DNA of 64,000 nucleotides from Orbicella franksi (GCA_964199315.1 OZ116706.1:11780001-11844000), one strand, 5' to 3'; positions 1 to 12,487 are shown, counted from the stretch's first letter. Notes: generated by a model from the sequence alone, not told the origin. Numbers and translations: made by a program.

Positions 1-527
1 CGGCCAGCACACCTCCTTCAAATTGCATTTACATGAATGCAATTTCTAGGTCCAACCCTGGCTTATAGACTCATTGTGATTTGCTTGGTTTGCACAATGG
101 CTAAGCAACACAAAACAAAACTGGCCCCGTACTTGGCGAGACTTTTCGGTTTTGCCGGAACGTTCTTGGAAGGTGTTAACAGGAAGGCGTTGTTTGACGT
201 TCAAAGTTCAAAGAATATTAATTACCAGTATTAAAGCAACCGACATGATCCACGCATAGCTCGGATCCTACACTATCAACCTTATTAAACAAAATAGTAA
301 GCAACCTACCTTGACTAAAAACCTCGTAAGCAATCCTAATTACGCAAATTAGGCTTCGACGGAAGCACTTACAAGCAGCGCAACCTTGCAACCACAATTT
401 CACATTTACTGGTATATATAATTGTAAGCTCATATTCTTCAGTCGTCCATTTACAAATAACCTGACTCTCCGTTCGGTGTATGGCTGACTGCAAAAGTAG
501 CTGGAGAGAAATTTTCGCGAGGTATTC

Positions 528-913
528 TAGGGGTGTCGAATGGTCCCTCAAAGTCCTGGAAAAGTATGGATCTCGTAAAATTCTCGTCAGATTTCACTGG
601 TCTTGCAGTCTCGTATTAGCGCGCGGTTGTGTGCGTTTTCGCAGTTTCGATTCCTTTTACAAAGGTTTCCCTGAATCTCGATTTTTTTGTAAGGCTAAGA
701 AAATCTCAGTGGCGAAGTCCCGATTTGATTGTTTGCTTTTATAAATGATGCCTGGACTTGTTATTAGAGTGGTCTGAACGTCTCTCGCTCACATATAAAA
801 CGCTTTGTATGTCTCGGTCCCGCAATTAAAAAAGTCGAAATGTCTCGGGCTCGCGCTCGCGATTAGGAAAAATGCTAGTCTCGCGTCGCAAAGTCTCGCA
901 TTTACCATCCACC
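528..913 (-). mobile_element. Degenerate hAT-like non-autonomous element (MITE)
   Basis: Left end TAGGGGTG at 528. Right end ...GTCTCGCATTTACCATCC, with many internal (G)TCTCG subterminal repeats. No intact 8-bp TSD. Confidence 0.4.
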
Positions 914-1339
914 ACTCCTTCTCCTGCAGCTTCCAAATGTTTATCCCGCTATTTTGCTTATTATTGCTATTGCCTCTTTTAACAGCTCATTACAGCACTG
1001 ATAACAAAATAGCATTTATTTCTACATCTCAGGACGAGCGGCCAACTGCAATTCTGGCAAGGGAGGCGGGCCGTACTGGACGAGATTTTCAAGGGCATTC
1101 CATTACAAATAATCATGTCAGACGTGTTTAAAGGCTCGTCCAAGAGCTCTGGTTCTTTGTTATCTTTCATACCACAACAAAGCTCTTTGTATGAAGCATC
1201 GACCTTTTCAGTAAAACAGCTGAATTAAGATCAATTAACAACAAAAGAGACTTGTTGAAGGAAACGCGTTAATTTGCTGCACTCCGCTCTGAAGTGCAAT
1301 CTCTCAGCCAAGTCATATTGTGGCATAGACAGTTTACTT

Positions 1340-2035
1340 TACTTGTGCAGCACACTTAGCTATCGGGTAACGGTGTGTCCCATAGGCTTGATAAGCAGAG
1401 TCTACAGGACGCTCTAGCTAGTTTACAGGTGCGCCAAGAAAACAAAATTAAATAACAAAGTAAAATATATGTACAAATTGTTATAAATATTAAACTAAAT
1501 TACCAAAGAATATATTACTATAAAATGTCTAACAATGTATAAGGATACGAAAAATGTATAAAAATTATACAGATAGAAACTATGATAAGTCGGATAAGAA
1601 AAGGGAAAAAAAATGTTGAAATAAGTTTACATACGGCAGCTGATGTCCGCGTCACTTAGTATATTTTAAAAAGCTTCATAGTTTGCCGAGGATCTGATAG
1701 AGTCTGGGAGGCTGTTGTTGCTTTATAGGAGGAGTTTGGAAATCAATAGCCGTGTAACTAATCTTTAAATTGAATGTAGGGTTAATGGGGGATTATACTA
1801 GGAATGCTGTACTTTACACGGGACAATAACTTTCTTTGTAAACACCCTTGCTACAGAGCGAGTCAATGCTAACATTCCGCGTACATTTTTATGCAATAGA
1901 AGTAGCTTCGGTCCAGTCTATCACGGTAAATTAACTAGCTTTTAGGAGTAGTCTGAGATGCCTGATTCTTTTCACATTTTCGCGCAAGTACATTATGCCG
2001 CTATAAACCTGCCTTCAGCACAGCTATTGATGATG
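1340..2035 (-). mobile_element. 3' remnant of a LINE (L2/CR1-like), decayed
   Basis: Minus-strand translation gives ...NNSLPDSIRSSANYEAF..., typical of a LINE ORF2 C-terminus, with stops and frameshifts. An AT-rich 3' UTR follows (1440-1620). Confidence 0.5.
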
Positions 2036-2037
2036 AG

Positions 2038-2410
2038 CCCCGAGGGCGGGGGGGGTTACTCAGAAAAATTTGGTGGAGGTGTATTTAAGACCTGACCCTT
2101 AAATCAATACCTTGTTTCAGACCTGTCATATAACTAGTTCCCTAGTTTAGAGCGATGTTTAAGGCAGTGTGCAGGGCTTTTTTTGATGGTCTTATGGATA
2201 GTGATGAGAAAGTAGCTTCTCCTAAAAAAAATTATCTTATTAACGACTAGAGTGCAAAAACAATACCCTATTTGAGACCAAAATGGCCAAAATCTATACA
2301 CTATATCTGACCAAAACAGCTAAAAAAGCCATAGCCTTTGGGCCGCACATACCCACATAACCCATATATAAGGAGTAACCCAGCCCCCCCCCGCCCCCCC
2401 CCCCACCCCT
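2038..2410. mobile_element. MITE with G/C-tract TIRs (GGGGTTACTC ... GAGTAACCC)
   Basis: Inverted termini CCCGAGGGCGGGGGGGGTTACTC and GGAGTAACCCAGCCCCCCC. The subterminal GCACATACCCACATAACCCATATA is related to the fragment at 25468-25570. Confidence 0.55.
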
Positions 2411-3439
2411 CCACAGGATGATGAAAGCCCTTTGTTTGGAACTTTCTTTAGAGAAACCATTTCTTGAAACCTGTTCAAAGGTTCGTCTTTTATTATTCAA
2501 AACTGCACAATCACACAAAAAACCTTCTCAATAAAAATGACAAAGCAACGGATGATGAATAAAGGAAGACATACACTAGCCGAAACCATGTCGACACGCA
2601 CTGAATAAATGATCCATCGTTATAGGGCGATTCTCCGTTAAAATCACGGTCGATTTCTCAGCCAATATTGCATTAATTAGCAGAAGAGAATATTAGAAGT
2701 TGTAGGCCCAAGTATTAGGCCTGATAGAATTCACAAACAGGAACTGAAATGAATTCGAACTTCAAGGATTAAATAGGGTTTGGGTCTAACACGAGCCATA
2801 TAGCTACATAGAAGTAAAGAGGAGAATAATACGACGGACGTACAAACGAGACGTATTGTTCGTTTGGCCATAGTTAATAGAGGGGAATGGTTATGAAGCC
2901 CGACAAAGTTCTTTGTTGTATGTTTTTGTTCACTTTTTTGGCCTTGACCGTGCACAAAAGGATCCCGTCCATTTAGTTGAGTTGGTAAAAAAAAGAAGGC
3001 ATGCAGAGGAGTGAACAAGATTCTGTCTTACAAATTCCTGAAAACCGTTTTAAGTTAAAACTAATCCAGTCTTCAGTATTTCGCATCAACATTATCTTTT
3101 CTATCAATAGATCTTTTCACTTCAGGTCCAACAACAGCAATTCAAAGAGTATACGCGAAGACGCTGAAGAAGCCTTTTATACTTCGTTAATTGCCTTCTC
3201 ACAGGCGAGTCTACCTATTGTATTAGGAGGGGAGGAGATTCGAAACTGCCAATTACTGACTTCACTATTCCGCTAAATTAAACTTTGAGGATTAACATGG
3301 TACTTTCTAAGGATTGCGGTGCCTTATGCGGTGCCTTATATGGAGCCTTAGGTATGTGTGGCATAAGCAATCAGTTCAGTAAGCTTAAAAGCTTAATTTA
3401 AAAAGCATTTAGCGACCAACAAATAACTCATATCGACAA

Positions 3440-3502
3440 GTCTTCAAACAGAGAGCATTTCCAGAGACAGAGAACAACTCAAAGTTAGCTACTCTAGGCC
3501 AG
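3440..3502 (+). other. Candidate non-coding first exon of knottin-like gene 1 (intron 3503-3824)
   Basis: Donor CCAG|GTAAGA at 3502/3503. Acceptor TTTTTGACAG|ACATG two bases before the ATG at 3827. The 5' boundary is a guess. Confidence 0.4.
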
Positions 3503-3826
3503 GTAAGATCTTTCAAGTTGAACTATCATTTTCTTTCGCTTTATGCATGCTGCATAAGCGTTCCACAGAAAAGTTAATTTACTAGAAGCTGACGATGTCG
3601 ACTTTCTCGGGTTGAGCAAGAGGAGTTTAACTTTCACCGTGCGCTGAAGTGCACCTAGTGACCTAAATAAAATTTAAAAAAAAAAACAGATGCTCTCGCA
3701 GGGCATGCACCTAGTAGAGTGCAGGAGACGATAGAAAACTAGCCTTCCAGCTTGGAGTTCCAGCTTGTGGATTGTGCATATATGCTGCATGATTATGTTT
3801 CTTTTCTCTGCTTATTTTTGACAGAC

Positions 3827-4132
3827 ATGAAATTCCTGGTGACTCTTTGTCTCCTGGCTGTCTGTGCGGTTTTAGTGTCCTCCCGCGTTGCTGCCCGAAA
3901 TCCATTCCGTCAAGGATATTACCGTGATTCAATGGAGGAGGTTTTCCGCGACCCGCCAGGTCAGGGTCCAATAAATCAACCAATAGCGGAGCGTACCGAT
4001 CAACTGCCAAACTGCAAGCCAAAAGGCGCGTCCTGCACACTAGGGCGCGGAAAGGAATGCTGCTTCTGCCCCACAGAAGGAGGATTTTATGACTGCATGA
4101 TCTGTAGTTCAATGAACAATAAGTGCTTCTAA
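3827..4132 (+). CDS. Secreted cysteine-rich knottin(ICK)-like prepropeptide 1, 101 aa (putative toxin/defence peptide)
   Basis: MKFLVTLCLLAVCAVLVSS signal, pro-region ending IAER, then C-x6-C-x7-CC-x-C-x8-C-x2-C-x6-C. Splice acceptor directly upstream of the ATG. AATAAA at 4373-4378. Paralogue at 15755. Confidence 0.85.
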   Translation: MKFLVTLCLLAVCAVLVSSRVAARNPFRQGYYRDSMEEVFRDPPGQGPINQPIAERTDQLPNCKPKGASCTLGRGKECCFCPTEGGFYDCMICSSMNNKCF

Positions 4133-4223
4133 GTATCACCTGTAGCCGGGAAACCATATTATGACACGTCTAACTTGTATAGCTTGTTATAAGTCACTAT
4201 CTGACACTGTGGATTGATTGAGC

Positions 4224-4306
4224 AGGATTTTATTCGTACATGATTTGTAGTTCAATGGACGCTAAAGGTGTTTTTAAGTTTCCCCTGCAGCAGGGAGACC
4301 ATAAGG
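4224..4306 (+). repeat. Degenerate tandem copy of the last ~17 codons + proximal 3' UTR of gene 1
   Basis: AGGATTTTAT..CATGATTTGTAGTTCAATG..GGGAGACCATA repeats 4081-4160 with a period of 143 bp. Confidence 0.8.
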
Positions 4307-4619
4307 TGATAGGTCCAACTTCTGCTGTGGATTGATGGCATAATGAGTCACTTGAGTCCTGTGTTTGAAAACAATAAAGGAACATTGAAAATTTCATCCT
4401 ATTCAGCTTCTCTGTGTTTTCGTTGTCCCCTGTTTCTAATCGAGGGGCCTTCTCAGCATTTTCCATTTGCGGAACCAAGTATATGCTTCATTTTTTTCCT
4501 CCTAAAAATTACGCCTAGCCCAGTCTGTATTAAGATCTCAGAATAGCTTAGTTGCTCAATCTTGATAATAATTTAAACGGTTCACAGCTAACTTGTATTA
4601 TGCAAATGTATCGATCTCA

Positions 4620-5285
4620 TGGGCTTACGAAACAATTAGTTACTGGAGTCGTTTAGTGAATGAAAATGCTCATCAGTATTGATGAGGGTAAGCGAGCGTG
4701 TTTGATACATATTTTTGTTTTATAAAAAGCTAAGTAGAACGAGTTGGTAGCACTCGCTTCTGTTAGTTTGGTGTTTTTCTGTTTTTTGTTTTTTTTGTTT
4801 TTGTTTTTTTTCTTTTCTTTTTTTCTTTTTTTTTTTTTTTTTGTCGTTCCCAACACCGTACGTATTTAGGTGGACCGTAATCGGCATCTTTTATTTATTC
4901 TATGTGCAAGGGTAGATTTAGACAACTGATCTGGTTCGGCATGTAGTCAAAATTGACATTTTATTCGGCAACAAAAGACCAACAGAAAAGTTAATCGTGT
5001 TCCAGTCAACGTCCACACTTGTAGTCCAAATACTTAACTAGCTTTTTTACACTGACTCGGCTAATCCCAAGATTCCTCTCTCTGTTCAAATGTCAGTTGA
5101 GAACATATAAATCGAGTTCTTAGTCTCTCAAAACTCTTTCATACCAAGACCTCTTATTCGTTACTTCCTGTTTTCTCCGCAATCCGAGGCTTGTTGGAGG
5201 AACATTGTGTTTTTGCTCGATCATAGTTTGAGATTTCATGTGTTGTTAGTCGACAAAGAGCGGAAAACCTTCCGCAACAGAAGTT
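4620..5285 (+). repeat. Downstream block paralogous to 18767-19490 (partly also 10520-10650)
   Basis: Colinear shared motifs: GAAACAATTA.TTACT.GAGTCG, AAGTAGAACG, TGGACCGTAAT..GCATCTTT, ATACTTAACTA, CTCGGCTAA.CCCA.GAT, CGCAATC.GAG, GGAAAACCT. Confidence 0.75.
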
Positions 5286-5399
5286 TAAAACGAATTGAAG
5301 ACTTCGCTGGGTTTCACAGCAGAATACCATGATATATATGCAGAATTTTATTTAGACGTGGGAACACTACACACTTGAGTTCTCTTTTTTAATTGTATG

Positions 5400-5502
5400 T
5401 AGAGATAACCCTTGTTCCCTCAAATTGATCGATTCCCCAAAATATTCCTTGTTCCCTTGAAATAAATTATCATGTTCCCTTGTTGCCCAAAGCCCCTGGG
5501 AG
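5400..5502. mobile_element. DNA-element end fragment with repeated CTTGTTCCC/TGTTCCCT motifs
   Basis: Several TGTTCCCT-like subterminal repeats ending at CCCCTGGGAG. Confidence 0.35.
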
Positions 5503-5803
5503 CTAGGTCCTTAAGATTCTTCTCTCTTCAACTCCAACGTTAATCGTAAATGTAAATCTTCGATGTTAATCGTATAACAAGGCTAAGAGCACTCTATCTA
5601 TGCTTCAGTATGAAATACACGATTACATTGCATCATCTTAGATGCAATCAAGAAGGCTGAATAAAGTCAGCTTGAACCCTGCAAATAGCGCAAAGGCCAG
5701 CTAAAGACTCTCCAAATTCCGCTGACGAATGGCGATCTCAGCAAAGCTAGTTTCTAATGTTCCTCGAAGGATTGCATGCCTATAGCCTAGAAGGCTGTGT
5801 AAA

Positions 5804-6838
5804 CACGTAGGGGCCAAACCACCCCCTAATGTTTCATGAAGGCTATATTTGCTTGGTTTATATATTTCTGAACCAAGTTTGGCAGATGAGCTTTCTTTGT
5901 TCTCCAGTTTATTTTAATTTGGAAGTTGTGACAAAATGTCAGATTATGACGTCATAATTGATGACGTCACCAAAACGTGCTATGATTTTTTGTAAAATCT
6001 GATAAAAAGATTATGTCATTGAAAAGGCCTTGACTTAAGGAGTAAAATGCCGGAAACCGTTTTTTGCTATGATGATTATGTTTTGAGATATGATAAGTTA
6101 AATATTTTTTTGTTTTCCCCCCGGAATTTGCTTAACCATACTGTCCTTCTTAAGTCAGTCTCTCTGGGGTTTTTTTTTCAGTTTTATTCTAGGAAGGCTA
6201 ATAATCTAGAAAAATAGAAAGCTTGATGTTGTCAAAAATCGTATGGTTTTAGAAATTTGATTTTCGGCTTTGTTAGGATGGTATTAACAGTAGAAAAACG
6301 GGTGACGTCACAGGTTATGACGTAACAAAACTAATTTTATCGCAATAACAGTAGAGGGATAATTTTTTATTCCGATTTTCTTTATTTTTGCTTTAGTCAT
6401 CTGGCACATCACATGTGCAACATAGCTGCATTTGCTGGAACAAAATTACGGCTCCAATTTGGGGATTTTTCTCAAGGGGGGGACCCCATATTTTGCAGAG
6501 TCATTTTTGATGCTTAAAAATTCCATATTTCATTTAATTTTTGTGATATGGACAAAATTTTTTCAGGTTTCAACTCCCTTTGATGTGCTCTTTCGAACAC
6601 ATTGTAAAAAATATGCATATTAAAAACTTCAAAAGTGGCAAAAAACATGACGTCATTACTGTGACGTCACAACTTTAACATTTACTGACATTTTTCACGT
6701 AAATATAACTGGCAATAGGTCTCCTGCTCATCTACCAAGTTTGGTGTACAAAGAGTCAATACTTTTTAAGTAATGCGAAATAATGTGAAATACCCAAGAA
6801 CTGACGAAACATTTGGGGGGTGGTTTGGCCCCTACGTG
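5804..6838. mobile_element. Complete 1035-bp non-autonomous DNA transposon, CAC-type termini (CMC: CACTA/Chapaev-like)
   Basis: ~32-bp TIRs CACGTAGGGGCCAAACCACCCCCTAATGTTTC / GAAACATTTGGGGGGTGGTTTGGCCCCTACGTG, flanked by AAA on both sides (3-bp TSD compatible). Subterminal regions are mirrored. No coding capacity. Confidence 0.85.
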
Positions 6839-8323
6839 AAAGTCAGACTTACTCTACAAAAAAACAATTCAAGACAGGAAGTGAACATGATAGTGGACAT
6901 TTACTGGAAATGCTGTAAATGAGATGACATATTAAAAAGGAAACAAAATTATACGCTTTTACTTGGTAGCATGTTTGGCTTGTTTTCCGCTAGAGAGCCC
7001 AGATGCCGTTTTCTTGGTGTGCTGAACATTGGCCAAACAAACGGGTGACATATATACACTCTACAAAAACACAACAAGCAAAACATTACAAAAAAACGGG
7101 AACGAACCTAAGAACAAACTTATACACTTATTTTGATTAAACAATTACTGTAGGAATCCCCGGAGGAGTCAAACCATCAACTCCCGTGAAATGCCCCGAA
7201 CTTCTGACTACATGTTATTAATAACAGAAAAAGCCCCAAATATGAAGTCTGATTTTGACCGTTAAAACGTCGGGCCCACCTGGGCCCGCCGGAGTTCAAC
7301 TACACTGATCCGTGTTTCCCAGGAAACGGCCAAAACATTATCCATATCAAGCGCGTGTACTGTACAAACGTTTTCAACACAGCATGACTTCCATTGACGA
7401 GTCTTGATACAAAAAAATGCTTACCAGGTATTGAAACTTGGAAAATAACTGACTATGATGTTAAACTAGCACCTTCTAGAAAAAAGTTCGTTTGATTCTT
7501 TTAATGAGCGCAGAAATCGGTCGAGAACCAACAGCCGACTCCCAACACACAATTACACATGTGTCCGCCAATGCTCCGGCTAAGTCAAATGGTGTCACGT
7601 GAACCATGTCCAACACCGCATGATTTTACAGTTTTCCAACAACATTGCAAAACAGAAAACAGTTTCTTGTCTATCAGTGGAAATATTTTTCCTTTATGCC
7701 CAGAGGATAATTTCTATTGACTTACAAGAAAGCGAGCAGAAAAACTCCTCTACATGCTTAATTTTGGTGCGATGAGGTTTTCTGTTTATATCGTTTAGCC
7801 TTCTGTTTTGAGTTTGAATAATCTCAAACTACACAAAACATAAGCAGTGAAAGACATTTTTATCCAAGAAAAAATTATACCTCGATTAACTCTTAATCCG
7901 GGTTAGCATTAACCGGCTTCCGAACAACCCTGCACTGATTACAACAAGTTAACCTGAGTTGAGCCTGCGATCCAGTCGAAAACCAGCACTTGGGCAGTAG
8001 TCAACTTCGAAAAAATGCAACCTCGATAAGCTCTAAACTGATGGTCACGTGATGCTGGTCGGCAGGTCCATGGTTTTAACAGGTAAATTGACCATGAGAT
8101 GGATGTTCAATATTAAAGATGTACGCTGTAAAGCAAGGCTGCATGTCTCAGTTAACCTTTTAAGCTGGAGTATGGCCGCCATGTTGCCGACTTCGTCGTC
8201 GCGCGTGCGCGCCCATGAGCAATACCGCTAGCCATGATGACCACGAGAAAACAATTTACGGGTTCCTATGGTTATGGTGCTAAGATTGACGGTCCTTCGG
8301 GTCGCAGGAGCTCCCGTCGCTAC

Positions 8324-8499
8324 AATAAATACTTAATCGAACTAGCTTGTTCGTTCCGTATCGGAGAATATTGATCTCGTTCTTGTTTTGCAAGTTTATG
8401 GACCTCACCTGCGGCTCGATCAATAAACTTGCAAGAAATAACTCAAGCAATATTTCCCGAATATACCCACTACAGACCGTACGCTTGCTCAATGAAATA
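8324..8499. repeat. Hairpin-core interspersed repeat, related to 59831-60150
   Basis: Arms TTGCAAGTTTAT / ATAAACTTGCAA. Shares GCTTGTTCG and GTTTATGGACCTC with the 60-kb copy. Confidence 0.6.
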
Positions 8500-9471
8500 C
8501 AGTGTACGCGCTCGTGTGACCGTGTGGGCGTTTTAAAAGATTAATGACCGAGAAATTATGTGCACCAAACTAAAGTCGCGCAGTTTTCACATTAAAGTGT
8601 CTCAAAAGAAACTTTTAGTCACATCTTAGTGACAAGTCGTTAAGATATGCAACTAAATTACATTGATGCATTAAAAGTGGGGTAACTCCTGCTGCTTGTT
8701 TACGACAAAAATGTCATTTATTTCCCTGCCAGGCATCTCATAATATGTTGTACTTTGTAAGCACTGGCGCGGCCGTTTGTTCACTAATTAAATGACTCGA
8801 CAACTCATGCGCGGAAAATTATGGGTGGCGTGATGCAATTGCATAAAATATTTTTTTCTCTTACTTATTTATAGCACACGCTACTATTAAATTGGGGAAA
8901 CTATACGCACAACGACCAAGCAAGGTCGCGCAATTCAATTGAATGGAATCACATAATTCAAATTAAAATATCTCAAAAGAGAATTATAGTCGTATCTTCG
9001 TCAATCGTTAAAGTATGAGATTCAATTACATTTATACATTTAAAACTGGAGTATCTCTGCTCGTTTAGGAAAAAAGTTCTATTTTCTTCCCTGTTATCCT
9101 TAGCTTGAAGGACTGCATAATGTTGTACATGTGTACGAGCTCGTGTGACCGTGTGCGCGCTAACTGATGACTCTGACAAATCACGCGCAGCAAACTAATC
9201 TGGCGCAATACAATTGACTGGAATAAACTTATTTATTAATAACATTCTTGTTCTTCGGCCATTTTAATTTCAGAAGTTTGTTTTCTTTTCCTTCTGAAAC
9301 TTATTTATTGCGTGTGGTATGCAAATGTCTCCCGGCCAAGAAAGCCTCCACATTTCGAATGTCTATTCCGTCTACTACGCTAGTCACTGACTTTAATTTA
9401 GAAGCTGATATCTCCCACAAAACGACCGTCATACTTGTGTAAGGATAATTTCAGTAAAATATTTATCATTA

Positions 9472-9750
9472 AAAGCTGGATCATTGGGTAATGCAATTCT
9501 CGAGTTTTCATTTGCCTAGCCACCATGGGTTATGAGCCATTATACCATGCTCTACAAATGTGATAAGCGTATGCGTGATTTTTTCGGGCGTTTTCATTTT
9601 CATTTTGATCTAGCTCTCTATATTTTGCGGGCGTTTTTAATCAAACAATTATTCCACAAGCGCCTGTTGGATATCAGATGATTATGGCCAACCCCCTCGT
9701 TGGCTATCTACCATCTCATATCCAACGTGCGCTCAAGGAATAATTGCTAA
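9472..9750. repeat. Hairpin-ended interspersed repeat inserted in array unit 1
   Basis: Inverted arms within 9646-9746 (CAATTATTCC...GTTGGATAT / ATATCCAAC...GGAATAATTG). Confidence 0.6.
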
Positions 9751-10119
9751 AGAATCTCGGCATCAGAGTTACTTGACTGACTCCATTGTCTCCATTTGCA
9801 CGACTGAAAGGGCGCAAGAAAGTTTACGTTCTTATTCTGCGAGGTATGAACAATCTATATCACTCACCAATCAAAATCTAAACGATTGAGGTTTATTTAA
9901 CCGTTACCCCGTTAAAATTTGAGCCTAACAGAAACACAATCAAATCACCAGATATTTTTTACCTGATTTGCCATTAATATCTTAAATTATCTGAGCTCAA
10001 AATGGTTCAGTTCTCTTGGCCTTGGGTTAATTTAGCATTCAAAAATGGTGCTTTGAAAAGGAGGCAGGTCATCTATTATTGTCGCGAGGTCGTGGGAAAG
10101 CGAAACAGTGTGATTCGCA

Positions 10120-10440
10120 TGGGTAATAAAAGTGATTGACGAGTAATATAAGAAATTAAATTTCACGAGCGTTTTGTCAAAATTCTAATAATTTTCCCAG
10201 ACTTCAGGCGAGAAAAATTATAAGAATTTTGACAAAGCGCAAGTACAATTATCTCTAAATTTCACCAGCATACCATTTGATTACCTTGGGTGACATATTA
10301 TGGTGGGTTTCTGACTTGTTTGTTATTGAAAAATCTCGCGCCAAAAGTTGCCATGGTTATTTGTAATTTTATTTGTGAAATTATAAATTATAGTTGAAAT
10401 TTCGCGCCAAAATTAAGAAGTAATTTGTTACTCACGATAT
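10120..10440. repeat. Second hairpin-containing interspersed repeat
   Basis: Arms GCGTTTTGTCAAAATTCT / AGAATTTTGACAAAGCGC within 10169-10240. Confidence 0.5.
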
Positions 10441-11023
10441 AAAGTGGTTACTTTTTACCTTGGCTTGAAGCCAAATTACAAGTATTTTAAAAGTTTGAGT
10501 TTTAATAGCAATATTTGCTCTTTAAAAAGTAGAACGGGGCAGGAGCACGCACTGTTGTTAGTATTGCACATCAAGGTGGACCATAATCGACATCCATTAA
10601 TATTACTATTATTTTCATATCCTGTCCGCGTGGGAAACTTAAATACTTGACTTACTCTGTTGTCTCCGTTTGTCCGAAAGGGCGTAGTGTAAGTGATTGT
10701 TCTGTGAGATACGAACAAGCCATATTACCATATGATAAACATCGAGCCCATTACAATTTATTTAATTAACTGTTACACCTTTATCCTCTCTGAATCATGA
10801 ATTAACAGCCGGCATCAAATCAAGTTGAATTTTGGTGTAGGAGTAAAACTATTTAGGCGGTTTGATTCGCCCGATTTCCAATTGACTGATTTCTTTCTAG
10901 GACACTGAAGGAAGGCGCGTAGTGCGTTTCACACGATTGTGCTCATTTGTAAGAAAATACCAAGCCTGAAAAGTTATAGTTTTCTGATGCCATATGGCGG
11001 TTTCAAATTGATTTTCTTTACTG

Positions 11024-11217
11024 AATAGACCTCTTTAGCTTGGGCGGTTTTTCCCCATTTCAGACCATGTGATATTCTCTAGAGAATTTTTCTTTTAAGT
11101 ATTTAAACATTATTCATTCATATACACGCGAATATTTGAAAATTTGAAATGATTCTAACACTATAATCACATGGTCTTAAACGGGGCAACAAACCGCCTA
11201 AGCTAAAGAGGTCTATT
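11024..11217. mobile_element. ~190-bp MITE (TA-TSD compatible)
   Basis: TIRs AATAGACCTCTTTAGCTTGGGCGGTTT / AAACCGCCTAAGCTAAAGAGGTCTATT. Second copy, inverted, at 25974-26168. Confidence 0.8.
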
Positions 11218-12486
11218 TGAATTTGTCTCATGTGCGTGTAGCTAGACCCCGTTAAAAAAAGAAACGTGAATAGATCGATCGAAATATTTTCGTAGCTTCT
11301 GTTGGTTTTCCTCTAGTTAAGGGGGTTTGAAAAACGTTGAGTAAATTGAAATCGGTCCATTTGGCAGTTATCGTGTAAACATTGGAAATATTACGTAAAA
11401 AAACATAGGTAATTACAAAGGGAACTATAACTTCGAAAAAAAAAAGTCACTTCTTACATAAAAATATTGCAGCCATTCATAGAAAAAAACTAATAATCTT
11501 ACACTGAAAAGCTATTTTAGTTGAAAAGCAACAGATTACTTAACGAATTAAAGAATTCGCTGCATGGTATATCCTAGAATTTTCTAAAGACTTGCGCTGA
11601 TATTAAGGAAGATTATAAAACGAGTTTTTAAAAGTATTTGCTTTTTGCGCACGACCCAGGATTTTCTATCAGAGTTTTCCATACCTTACTCACATTAAAA
11701 TATCTCAAAGGAGAAATTTCGTCATATTTTTAGTCTATCGTTTACATCTGCAATTTAAATGTATGCATTAAAAAGTGGAGTTATCATGCTCGTTTAGGAG
11801 AAAGCAACCATTTATTTCTCTGTCAGGCTTAGCAAGAAGAAAATGTTATAATGCTGTGTATGTGTGTAACGCATCTCGTGCGGCCGGACGCGCTAAAATT
11901 CAAGAACTCATCTGCAGCAAGAAAGCTCAATGCACTTCTTAAGTCACTTTAAATACTGCTTGTCGTAGACAAATGTCGTCTGGATAGGAGAATCTCTGCA
12001 TTTCTTGTAAGTTACTTTAAAACCTGATCTTTACTACTGCACGACTTTCAAATATATTGTATAATTTTTAAGATCGCGGCATCAAAGAATTTACTTGACT
12101 TTCTCTATTGTCTCCGTTTGTCCGAAAGGGCGTAAAAAAGCTGAGGGTGTAAGTAATTATTCTGTGAGATAAGAATAAGCCATATCCGGCTCATGCGATA
12201 ACATTTGTAGCATTGTTGTTTATTTAACTGTTAAACCCTCAATAACATACATACTTAAAAATGAGAACATATCATAAAAACAGTCTCATCGCATGAAATT
12301 TTTCACCTGACCTGCCTCTATACAGAAAAAAGAAGAAGAAGAAGAAGAAGAAGAAGAGATAAATATCTAGATCCCGCAGAGATTAAAATGGTTCCGTTCT
12401 CTTGACCATGCATTAGGTGAATTGAGCATTCAAAAGCAAAGACCTGAAGAGGCGGTAGGTTATCTATTATCGTCCAGAGGGCGAGC

Positions 12487-12487
<1 letters not shown>

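Noticed and set aside
3752-3826. N-terminal extension of the 126-aa ORF
   Set aside because: It lies in the intron's polypyrimidine tract. The paralogue starts at the equivalent MKF.
3827-4132. Assignment to SCRiP or agouti families
   Set aside because: No terminal CCC triplet (SCRiP). Only 8 Cys and no RFF loop (agouti/AgRP).
3711-4157. 148-aa minus-strand ORF
   Set aside because: Antisense shadow of the peptide CDS.
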